The position numbers and the translations under genes are program-made. 64,000 nucleotides of DNA, taken from NCBI GenBank assembly GCA_044376115.1, contig JBILLK010000001.1, positions 32,001 to 96,000 on the forward strand. The letters are read 5' to 3'. Below the pieces are notes generated by a model. The model saw nothing but the letters and a program-made list of their open reading frames with translations. It did no database searches and was not told where the DNA came from. Each line of letters begins with the position of its first letter. Position 1 is the first letter of the stretch. Source of the stretch: Polyangiaceae bacterium. Lineage in GTDB: Bacteria > Myxococcota_A > Polyangia > Polyangiales > Polyangiaceae. Below, in pieces: positions 56,343 to 64,000 of this stretch.

Positions 56343-57293
56343 TCAGGCGCGCTGTGTTGCCCGCTTTGACTCGACCCACTCGATCACCTTCGCGGCGGGC
56401 TTTGTCCCGGTGAAGCGCCCCAACTCTTGAATCCCCGTTGGGCTTGTCACGTTCACCTCCGTGAGATGCTCGCCGATGACATCGAGCCCTACGAAGTTGA
56501 GACCGTCTGCAACGAGACGCGGACCGATGGAGCGTACGAGTTCCTGTTCACGCGGAGTCAGCTCGGTCTTCACGACGCTGCCACCGACGTGAATGTTTGA
56601 GCGGATGTCGTCAGCGCGCGGCACCCGCAAGATGGCACCAAGCGGCTTACCTTCGAGCAAGAGGATGCGCTTGTCACCGACGGACACGGCGGGCAGGAAG
56701 GCCTGGACCATCGCCAGACGCTTCCCCTCGAAGGTCAGCACATCGACGATGCCACGCGCGTTCTTATCGTCTTTGAAGAGCGTCAAGACGCCTACGCCGC
56801 CGGCACCGTCGAGCGGCTTGATAACCGCACGACCTCCCACCTCGTCGACGAAAGCCAGGATCGTCTCGCGATCGCTGGTAACCATCGTCTTCGGCATCCA
56901 CTCGGAGAAGTGCATCGCGTAGAGCTTCTCGTTGGCGTCTCGCAACCCGCGAGGGTCATTGAGGATCACGGGCCCACCCCGCACGTGCTCGAGCAGCAAC
57001 GTCGCGTAGGAGTACGCACGATCAAAAGGCGGATCCTTCCGAATGAACACCGCATCCACGTCGTCGAGCGATACCTCGGCAGTGGTTTCGCCTAAGCGGA
57101 TCCGCGGTTCTTCCGCGAAGGTCTCAATCGACCTGACCCTAGCGAAGGTACGCCCAGCACGAACGCCAAGCTCGTGAATGAGACAGTGAAGCGACTGGTG
57201 GCCACGTTCCTTCGCCGCTTCGATGAAAGCGAAGGTCGTGTCTTTGTCGGGGTTGACCCTGTCCAGGGAGTCCATCAGAAAGAGAAAACGCAT
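56343..57293 (-). CDS. gshB: Glutathione synthetase
   Basis: KDTT, RKDPPFD, RDANEKL, KPLDGAGG, GDKRI, RSN, TEVNVTSPTG. Confidence 0.96.
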   Translation of the reverse strand: MRFLFLMDSLDRVNPDKDTTFAFIEAAKERGHQSLHCLIHELGVRAGRTFARVRSIETFAEEPRIRLGETTAEVSLDDVDAVFIRKDPPFDRAYSYATLLLEHVRGGPVILNDPRGLRDANEKLYAMHFSEWMPKTMVTSDRETILAFVDEVGGRAVIKPLDGAGGVGVLTLFKDDKNARGIVDVLTFEGKRLAMVQAFLPAVSVGDKRILLLEGKPLGAILRVPRADDIRSNIHVGGSVVKTELTPREQELVRSIGPRLVADGLNFVGLDVIGEHLTEVNVTSPTGIQELGRFTGTKPAAKVIEWVESKRATQRA

Positions 57294-57320
57294 AGGAGCC
57301 TCCGCTCTTCGCTGTCCGAC

Positions 57321-59102
57321 ATGCTTCATCGCACCCTCCCTCGAGGACTACAAGCCAAAGCCACACACTTCGGTTCGGCGCCTTTGGTCGCTCGTGCGGC
57401 GTTTGCTCTCTGCCTCGCGTGCTCGGGCCCAACACCAGCTCGTCCAACGGTCGAAGTGTCCGCCTCGAGCGCGACCAGGTCGGCCAGTGAGCAACGCCCT
57501 CCCCCGCCACCGGCGAAGACGGTTGAAGTCTTCGCAGTCGCGGCAGAGAACAGTCACGCTGTTGATGCAGCTCGCGCCGTCCTGGTTGAAGGTGGCAGCG
57601 CGGCAGACGCAACCATCGCCGGCATACTGGTGGGCTGCGCAGCGCATGCGTCGTCGTGCGGGTTGGGCGGCGGTGGCGCGGCACTGCTTTTTGACGCGGC
57701 GAGCTCGCGTACGCGTGCGCTCGACTTCCGCGAGACAGCACCTGTTGGGCTCAAGCGCAACGACCACATCGGCGCGCCGGAGTCGGCCAAGCGAGGCGTC
57801 GCTGTAGGGGTTCCCGGGTTAGCGGCCGGTCTTCGTGCCCTGCACCGACTTGCTGGGAAGTTGGAGTGGCGTCGACTGACGGAGATCGCGGCGCTCAAGG
57901 TCGAAGGCGGACTTGAGCTCTCCCCCTACATGGCGCAGGCGTTGGTATGGAACCAAGCTTGGCTCGCGAACGAACCTGATCACCAGGTATTGGGCCCCGA
58001 TAACGCGAGCGATTCGGTTGGAAAGAAGTTCTTCAATCCGCCGCTCGCCGCAACGCTAAGAGCGCTCGGTGAAGGAGAGCGGGCCTTCTATGAAGGTCCC
58101 ATCGCGGCGGAGGTGGTGCGCGCTGCGAAAACGTATGGCAGCCGGCTCGCGCTCACCGATCTCCAGGCCTACGCGGCGATCGAAAGAGAGCCCGTGGCGA
58201 TCGACTATGGTGGTTTCACGATCGCCTCCATGCCTCCGACGTCGGCTGGCGGCGTAATCATGCTCGCGATGCTCAACATGCTACCGCCTTCGGAGCTCGC
58301 GTCACTCGAGCCGGCGTCGGGAGCCTTCCTTCACGTTCTCGCCGAAGGGCTGCGCGCAACCTACGCAGAGCGCGCGACGACGATTGGGGATCCTGACTTC
58401 ACCAAGAGCGACTTCACGGCCCTATTCGATCGGCAGCGAATGGCCGAAAGGCGAGCGGCGATCGATCTGAAGAAGACGCGCATGCCAAAACTTCCGAGCG
58501 TCTCGGAGAGTGGCACCTTCAGCATTGTGGTCGCGGACTCTGCGGGAAACGTGGTCTCGCTCAGCGCCTCCCTCACCAGCATGTTCGGCGCAAAGATCAT
58601 CACCAAGGGTGGCTTCGTCTTAAATGACGCGCTCTCTGAGTTCTCCATGGATGACTACGGGATGCGGGCTTTCACGCGAGGTCCAAACTTTCCCCGAGGG
58701 CGAGCTCGCCCTGTGTCGAACCTCGTACCGACGATTGTGACCAAAGACGGAAGAGCCACACTGGGCGTCAGTGCGTCAGGTGGGCTGCGTGGGACAACAG
58801 GCCTAACCCAGGTCTTGCTGGCTCACCTCGGTCGCGCCGAATCGTTGAGTGAGGCCATCGCGAAGGCGCGTATTCACGTCAACGCTGGCGGGGCGATACG
58901 GCTCGAGGAAGGCCTGATGGATCTCGTCGCCGACCTCACGAGCCGGGGTGAAACCGTCGAGCGGTCGCCTATCAGCTTCAGCGCCGTAACCGGCATCGCC
59001 ATCAACCGAAGCGAAGCCGGGTCGACCTTCACGCCGGTCTTTGACACCCGCAAGGGAGGCGCCGTTTCGGTTGAAAAGGCGCCTGCAAACGTAACCGAAT
59101 AG
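57321..59102 (+). CDS. ggt: Gamma-glutamyltransferase family protein, divergent
   Basis: GGSAADA, GLGGGG, LDFRETAP, GVPG, FYEGPIA, GDPDF, ESG-T cleavage site. Start uncertain. Confidence 0.85.
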   Translation: MLHRTLPRGLQAKATHFGSAPLVARAAFALCLACSGPTPARPTVEVSASSATRSASEQRPPPPPAKTVEVFAVAAENSHAVDAARAVLVEGGSAADATIAGILVGCAAHASSCGLGGGGAALLFDAASSRTRALDFRETAPVGLKRNDHIGAPESAKRGVAVGVPGLAAGLRALHRLAGKLEWRRLTEIAALKVEGGLELSPYMAQALVWNQAWLANEPDHQVLGPDNASDSVGKKFFNPPLAATLRALGEGERAFYEGPIAAEVVRAAKTYGSRLALTDLQAYAAIEREPVAIDYGGFTIASMPPTSAGGVIMLAMLNMLPPSELASLEPASGAFLHVLAEGLRATYAERATTIGDPDFTKSDFTALFDRQRMAERRAAIDLKKTRMPKLPSVSESGTFSIVVADSAGNVVSLSASLTSMFGAKIITKGGFVLNDALSEFSMDDYGMRAFTRGPNFPRGRARPVSNLVPTIVTKDGRATLGVSASGGLRGTTGLTQVLLAHLGRAESLSEAIAKARIHVNAGGAIRLEEGLMDLVADLTSRGETVERSPISFSAVTGIAINRSEAGSTFTPVFDTRKGGAVSVEKAPANVTE

Positions 59103-59125
59103 CACCTCCAGCGTAGACTAGAACC

Positions 59126-60133
59126 ATGAAGGACCCGCCCATCCTACCGAGCGAAATCACCGATGAGGCTGAGCTGGCCGAGCATCAATCTCGTCGCAAG
59201 TTCCTCAAGCGAGGCGCGCTCACGGTGGCCGGCGCTGCCGTGTTCGGTGGTGGGCTGCTCGCGATTTCGTCAAAACGCGGGACGGCCAAAGCACCGGCGC
59301 TCTCGAGTCTACCGGAGCTATCGGCAGCACCGCCCTCGAGTTCGGCGCCGCTTGCACCCATTGCGCCGCTCGGTCCGCGAGATGCGCTCACGAGCGTTGA
59401 AGACGTTACGACCTACAACAACTTCTACGAGTTCGGCCTCGACAAGAATGAGCCCGCGGAAAACGCTGGCTCGCTGAAGGTTACTCCGTGGTCGGTCGTG
59501 GTCGATGGGGAGGTTGATAGCCCGCGCACTTTCGGGATCGAGGATCTGATGGCAGCCTTTCCACTCGAGGAGCGCATCTACCGAATGCGCTGCGTGGAAG
59601 CTTGGTCGATGGTGATTCCGTGGCTTGGTTTTCCGCTCGCCGCCTTGTTAGCGAAGGTGAAGCCAACTTCGCGCGCCAAGTACGTCGCCTTCACCACGCT
59701 CCAAGATCCGGTGCAAATGCCGGGGCAGCGGTCCAGCGTACTGGACTGGCCCTACACGGAAGGACTTCGGATCGACGAGGCCAATCACCCGCTCACCATT
59801 CTCGCGATGGGGCTCTACGGTCGCGCGTTACCGAACCAAAACGGCGCGCCCATTCGCCTGGTGGTTCCCTGGAAGTACGGGTTCAAAGGCATCAAATCGA
59901 TCGTGAAGATCAGCCTGACCGAGCACCAGCCGAAGACTGCTTGGAACACCGCCGCCAAAGGCGAGTACGGCTTCTACGCCAACGTGAACCCAGACGTGTC
60001 GCATCCACGCTGGAGCCAAGCGAGCGAGCGCCGAATCGGGGATCTCGCTCGACGCCCCACCCTTCCCTTCAACGGTTATGCAGAACAGGTAGCTGGCCTT
60101 TACAGCGGGATGGATCTTGCGAAGTTCTTCTGA
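59126..60133 (+). CDS. msrP: Protein-methionine-sulfoxide reductase catalytic subunit
   Basis: Tat motif [42 protein letters not shown]. Confidence 0.96.
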   Translation: MKDPPILPSEITDEAELAEHQSRRKFLKRGALTVAGAAVFGGGLLAISSKRGTAKAPALSSLPELSAAPPSSSAPLAPIAPLGPRDALTSVEDVTTYNNFYEFGLDKNEPAENAGSLKVTPWSVVVDGEVDSPRTFGIEDLMAAFPLEERIYRMRCVEAWSMVIPWLGFPLAALLAKVKPTSRAKYVAFTTLQDPVQMPGQRSSVLDWPYTEGLRIDEANHPLTILAMGLYGRALPNQNGAPIRLVVPWKYGFKGIKSIVKISLTEHQPKTAWNTAAKGEYGFYANVNPDVSHPRWSQASERRIGDLARRPTLPFNGYAEQVAGLYSGMDLAKFF

Positions 60134-60752
60134 GCGTAAGGGCGACGAGTCTGCATCAATTCCGTGGGTGGTCTGGGTTGGCGGCCTGATGCCGGCCGCG
60201 TGGCTGGGCTTTCGCTGGACGCAAAACGAGCTTGGAGCGAACCCCGTTGGGGAAGCCCTCAATGCTTCGGGCGAGCTCGCGCTCAAGGCACTGCTGCTCT
60301 GTTTGGCCTGCACTCCACTGCGAGTCTTCGCCGGTGTGACGTGGCCGATGAGGGCCCGAAAGCACCTTGGCCTCTTGGCTGCAGCGTACGCTGGGATGCA
60401 CGCCTTTTTGTACGTCGGAGTGGACCACTACGGGGAGTGGGCCAGTTTGATCGGTGACATGTTGGAGAACCCCTTCATCATCGTGGGGTCGGTGGCGGCG
60501 ACGCTGCTCGTACCACTTACCGTGACGTCGTTCCAAGCCATGCGGCGAAGGCTCAAGCCTCGCACCTGGGTACGGCTGCACCAGCTGGTCTACCTGATCG
60601 GCGTTCTAGCGATTATTCACTTCGTGATGCGAGCCAAGAAGGACGCAACCGAGGCGTGGTTGCACGGCGCGGTGTTAGCGGTGCTGCTTGGCCTGCGCGT
60701 CGTGGATAGTTTCCTGCGCCGGAGCCGCAGGGCCCGCGCAGCACAGAGCTAG
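60117..60752 (+). CDS. msrQ: Protein-methionine-sulfoxide reductase heme-binding membrane subunit
   Basis: [24 protein letters not shown]; overlaps msrP. Confidence 0.9.
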   Translation: MRSSSERKGDESASIPWVVWVGGLMPAAWLGFRWTQNELGANPVGEALNASGELALKALLLCLACTPLRVFAGVTWPMRARKHLGLLAAAYAGMHAFLYVGVDHYGEWASLIGDMLENPFIIVGSVAATLLVPLTVTSFQAMRRRLKPRTWVRLHQLVYLIGVLAIIHFVMRAKKDATEAWLHGAVLAVLLGLRVVDSFLRRSRRARAAQS

Positions 60753-60896
60753 GCCTTCCAACGGATTAGACAGCGCACGCTTCTTTTGGAGTGGGGCTTG
60801 CGAATGGCGAAGGCACGCGTAGTCTTCGCGGCGCTGACGTCACAGCAGCAAGCCACACGAAGTCGTGAGGCTTTCCACCACGAAAGAGGACCGAAC

Positions 60897-61475
60897 ATGG
60901 CTTTCACCCTTCCCGAGCTTCCCTTCCCCAAGGACGCGCTCGCTCCCCACATCTCTGCAGAGACTTTGGACTTTCATCATGGCAAGCACCACCAAGCCTA
61001 CGTAACCAAGCTCAATGAGCTAGTCGCTGCGGACGCTGGGCTCGCCGGCAAGAGCCTCGAGGACCTCGTGCGGACGACCTCCGGCGGCGTGTTCAACCAG
61101 GCAGCGCAGGTTTGGAATCACACGTTCTATTGGCACAGCATGAAGCCGCAGGGCGGCGGGGAGCCCACCGGGGACTTGCTCGCGGCGATCAACAAGGACT
61201 TCGGCAGTGTCTCGGCCTTCAAGGAGAAGTTCACCGCTGCCTGCATCGGCCAGTTCGGTTCAGGTTGGGCATGGCTCGTGAAGAACGCCGCCGGCACGCT
61301 CGAGATCACGCAGACCAGCAACGCCGGCTGCCCCCTCACCGAGGGGAAGACGCCCGTTCTGACCTGCGATGTTTGGGAGCACGCCTACTACGTCGACTAC
61401 CGCAACGCGCGCGCCAAGTACGTCGAAGCGTGGTGGAACCTGGTCAACTGGGACCACGCTGCCTCCAAGCTCTAA
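60897..61475 (+). CDS. sodB: Superoxide dismutase [Fe]
   Basis: HHGKHH, AAQVWNHTFYW, FGSGWAWL, DVWEHAYY. Confidence 0.93.
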   Translation: MAFTLPELPFPKDALAPHISAETLDFHHGKHHQAYVTKLNELVAADAGLAGKSLEDLVRTTSGGVFNQAAQVWNHTFYWHSMKPQGGGEPTGDLLAAINKDFGSVSAFKEKFTAACIGQFGSGWAWLVKNAAGTLEITQTSNAGCPLTEGKTPVLTCDVWEHAYYVDYRNARAKYVEAWWNLVNWDHAASKL

Positions 61476-61505
61476 GTTCTGCTGTCTCTCACGATCAGCA
61501 ACGAC

Positions 61506-61535
61506 AACGGCGCCCCCTCGGGGACGCCGTTTTTT
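61506..61535 (+). terminator. Rho-independent terminator
   Basis: aacggcgcccc-ctc-ggggacgccgtt followed by a T run. Confidence 0.8.
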
Positions 61536-61598
61536 ACTTACCGTACCTTCGCCCATGACGGGTGGCTGCCAGAGCCGCAGCCGCCAGAGCCGCAGCTC

Positions 61599-62546
61599 TC
61601 AGAACGAAGCAACCATCTGCACGTTGTTGTCTTCATCGAGGTCCGACGCCAGCGCATACCCGACGCCGCTGCGCTCCGAAGCGGCAATCGAGAAGCCACG
61701 CATTTCACCGACATAAACCGGCGACTCACGTGCTGGTACTTCACGAACGATGCGCGGGCGGAGCCGGGTTTGGCGCATCTTGATTACGCTCGCATCGAAG
61801 ACGTAGACGGTCAGCCGGTGCCCCTTCACCTTGTAGTGAAGCGCCGCTGTGTTGTGCGAATTCTCCACCATGTAGAGGCGCGCTCCGTCGAAGCTTGGGC
61901 TCGCTCCAATCCTCTCATTGCGCCGTAACAGCTGTAACGCAGACCGCTGCACGGGCACCCCGACGTAGGGCTCGAGCCGCGCGAGCTTCTCCGGATTCTC
62001 TTCCTCCGGGGGAAGTGGATTCGCGTGGAGGGCGACCAACTCATCCAAAACGGTGTCGAGCGTTGACTCCTTCGCCTTGCCCGGCGCAGCCGAAGGCGCA
62101 TCCACATTGCTATTGCTGCCCGGCGAAGGCTGAATCGACGCTACTGCCGAGGAGTCGCGCGTGGCTCGCACGACGACGAAAAACACGAAGCATGCAGCGA
62201 CGGCCAGAACAGCGGCCACACCGACGCGCCCCCTGGAGTCACGTTGCGTAGCCTGCGCCGTAACGACATCGGCGTGCTTTGCGTCTGACGGGCGAACCCC
62301 GGAAACCTCGAGTGATATCGCTCGTTCCACACGTTCACGAGCCGCAGCAGAACCACGCCTCGCACAGGAGCGGCGCAAGCTCGCCCGCATCGAGCGAATG
62401 AGCTCCATCTCATCACGACAGGAGGAGCACTCGAGGACGTGGTTCTCAACCTCGATGGCACGCGATGGCTCGAGTTCACCATCCACCAGGAGCATCACGC
62501 TTCGAGAGCAACAAGGGGTTCGGGTACTCACGCGAAGTGCGCTCAT
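61599..62546 (-). CDS. Zinc-binding (zf-HC2/ZAS) transmembrane anti-sigma factor
   Basis: LVDGEL...HVLECSSC, one TM helix; overlaps the sigma gene stop. Confidence 0.88.
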   Translation of the reverse strand: MSALRVSTRTPCCSRSVMLLVDGELEPSRAIEVENHVLECSSCRDEMELIRSMRASLRRSCARRGSAAARERVERAISLEVSGVRPSDAKHADVVTAQATQRDSRGRVGVAAVLAVAACFVFFVVVRATRDSSAVASIQPSPGSNSNVDAPSAAPGKAKESTLDTVLDELVALHANPLPPEEENPEKLARLEPYVGVPVQRSALQLLRRNERIGASPSFDGARLYMVENSHNTAALHYKVKGHRLTVYVFDASVIKMRQTRLRPRIVREVPARESPVYVGEMRGFSIAASERSGVGYALASDLDEDNNVQMVASF

Positions 62547-63238
62547 GATACAGCCCTGCGCCGCTCACGGAAGGCCGCTAGATCGGCTGGAGCAGAAATC
62601 TCCGGGCTGCTCTCCTGGGCCGGCCGGCTGGTCGTTTGTGCGGGTAGGATCCCCAAGACCTCTGCGTGGTCACGAAGGCGACTCTGCAGCAGCTTTCGAC
62701 CGCGGTGGAGCCGACTCATCACGGTGCCGATGGGACAGCCCATCACGTCGGCGATCTCCTTGTAGGACAACTCCTCCACATCCGAGAGGATCACGGCGAG
62801 CCGGAAATCCTCGGGAAGCTCGTCCAACGCCGCGGAGAGCTCGGCCTCGATCAACGGCTTGAGTGCCGCTGACTCGGCATCACGCACGGCCCGCATGGTG
62901 GACGCGCTCGTCCAGTTCTCGACCAAGGTATCGGCGGTCGGGCCATCCAAAACGCCCCGCTCCATACCTCCGCGCCGATATTTGTTGATGAAGGTGTTGG
63001 TGAGGATGCGGAGCAACCAAGCCTTGAGGTTGGTCCCAGGCTCAAACTGGTCTTTTGCCCGAATCGCCTTCAGGATCGTGTCCTGAACCAAGTCCTCGGC
63101 TTCCGAGCTGCCTCGGGTCATCCGGCTGGCCACACTGAACAGAGTGTCCATGTGTCCGAGCATCTCGGTGGAAAAGGCGTCGGCCCGTGAAGGCGGCGCC
63201 TCTTTCGTTGCAGGTCGTCGGAACAGGAAGAAGGCCAT
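62543..63238 (-). CDS. ECF sigma factor, SigR/SigH-like
   Basis: AEDLVQDT, GTNLKAWLLRILTNTFIN, SYKEIA..PIGTVMSRLHRGR. Confidence 0.93.
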   Translation of the reverse strand: MAFFLFRRPATKEAPPSRADAFSTEMLGHMDTLFSVASRMTRGSSEAEDLVQDTILKAIRAKDQFEPGTNLKAWLLRILTNTFINKYRRGGMERGVLDGPTADTLVENWTSASTMRAVRDAESAALKPLIEAELSAALDELPEDFRLAVILSDVEELSYKEIADVMGCPIGTVMSRLHRGRKLLQSRLRDHAEVLGILPAQTTSRPAQESSPEISAPADLAAFRERRRAVS

Positions 63239-63249
63239 GTTGGAATTAC

Positions 63250-63275
63250 CAACCGACAGGGTGGCAATTGATTCC
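63250..63275 (-). promoter_or_regulatory. Putative autoregulatory ECF promoter
   Basis: Minus strand GGAAT-N17-GTTG, 11 nt upstream of the sigma ATG; resembles the SigR/SigH consensus. Confidence 0.55.
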
Positions 63276-63341
63276 CCATCCGCAAGCTTTCCTGCTCAAC
63301 CTCGAAAACTCCCCGCCGATTAGCGAGGATCAAAGAAGATC

Positions 63342-64000
63342 TCAGGAAGGCTTGCCGGAGTTCTTTTGGAGTTCTGCCACTTGAGCGGAGAGTTCGGCAA
63401 CCTTGGCCTCGAGGGCGGCGACCTGGTCTCGGAGCTCAGCAAAGGACTTGGCACTGGGTACGATCGCCCGAATTCGTTCGTCCAAGGACGAGATGCTGCT
63501 CTCCATCAGCTCCGTTAGACGGCCTTTGCGTTCATCGCCACCGCGACGCTCTTCCGCTTTGCGGTCCTCTTCCTTCCGCGCCTCTGCTTCCAGCTCGGCC
63601 GCAGAGGGTTCCACCACTTTTGGCGGTGCAACGACCCCAGCGCCGTCGCTGGACTCTTGCTCAGTCGAAGGCGGGGGCATGAACCGGCCCAGCGTTCCTT
63701 CGCGAAGTTGGGTCAGTAACTTTTCCCCACGCTCCTGGATCAGGTCACGAAGGGCGGCCAGCGGGACGCTTCGCGGCTGAGCTCGAAGGTCCTCCGAGAG
63801 GATGAGAGCGAGCGTGACCTCGGTCTTGTCCTCCTTGGTCTTGTTGTCGATGATTTGGACTTCTTCACCCGCCCGAACCATCTCCCCGATTTGCTGCAGC
63901 GTGACGTACCGGCTGTCTCGCGTGTCGTACAGCTTTCGGTTCGAGTAACGCTTGATGACGCGCCGCGGCCCCCCGCGAAAAACTCCCGTGTCCTTGCTCG
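63342..64000 (-). CDS. PhaR-like (PHA synthesis regulator DNA-binding domain) protein, 5' end outside the window
   Basis: The frame extends upstream of 63881 as RRVIKRYSNRKLYDTRDSRYVTLQQIGEMVRAGEEVQIIDNKTKED; C-terminal coiled coil. Confidence 0.88.
   Translation of the reverse strand, partial: SKDTGVFRGGPRRVIKRYSNRKLYDTRDSRYVTLQQIGEMVRAGEEVQIIDNKTKEDKTEVTLALILSEDLRAQPRSVPLAALRDLIQERGEKLLTQLREGTLGRFMPPPSTEQESSDGAGVVAPPKVVEPSAAELEAEARKEEDRKAEERRGGDERKGRLTELMESSISSLDERIRAIVPSAKSFAELRDQVAALEAKVAELSAQVAELQKNSGKPS

Overview
High-GC bacterial window, most likely from a myxobacterium of the Polyangiales/Sorangiineae. This is inferred from the many lipoproteins with Gly/Ser/Ala linkers, Cys-rich repeat proteins, a Ser/Thr kinase-PEGA module and an FGE-sulfatase lipoprotein. 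It is densely coding, with about 50 CDS and one tRNA-Gln(UUG); no CRISPR array, integrase or transposase was seen. Housekeeping genes: HelD-like helicase, paired acyl-CoA dehydrogenases, gpmI, sdhCAB, folK, gshB, ggt, msrPQ, Fe-SOD and two ECF sigma/anti-sigma pairs. Accessory genes: an orphan vgrG operon, several secreted hydrolases and an RNase/barstar pair. The standout is a candidate RiPP-like system at 6772-9337. A lipoprotein-type precursor ending in RAACGRG lies directly upstream of a ChrH-like DUF692 multinuclear iron enzyme (MNIO), which is fused in frame to a complete zinc-dependent alcohol dehydrogenase, with no ChrI-like partner nearby. All family assignments come from recognising motifs by eye; no database searches were run.
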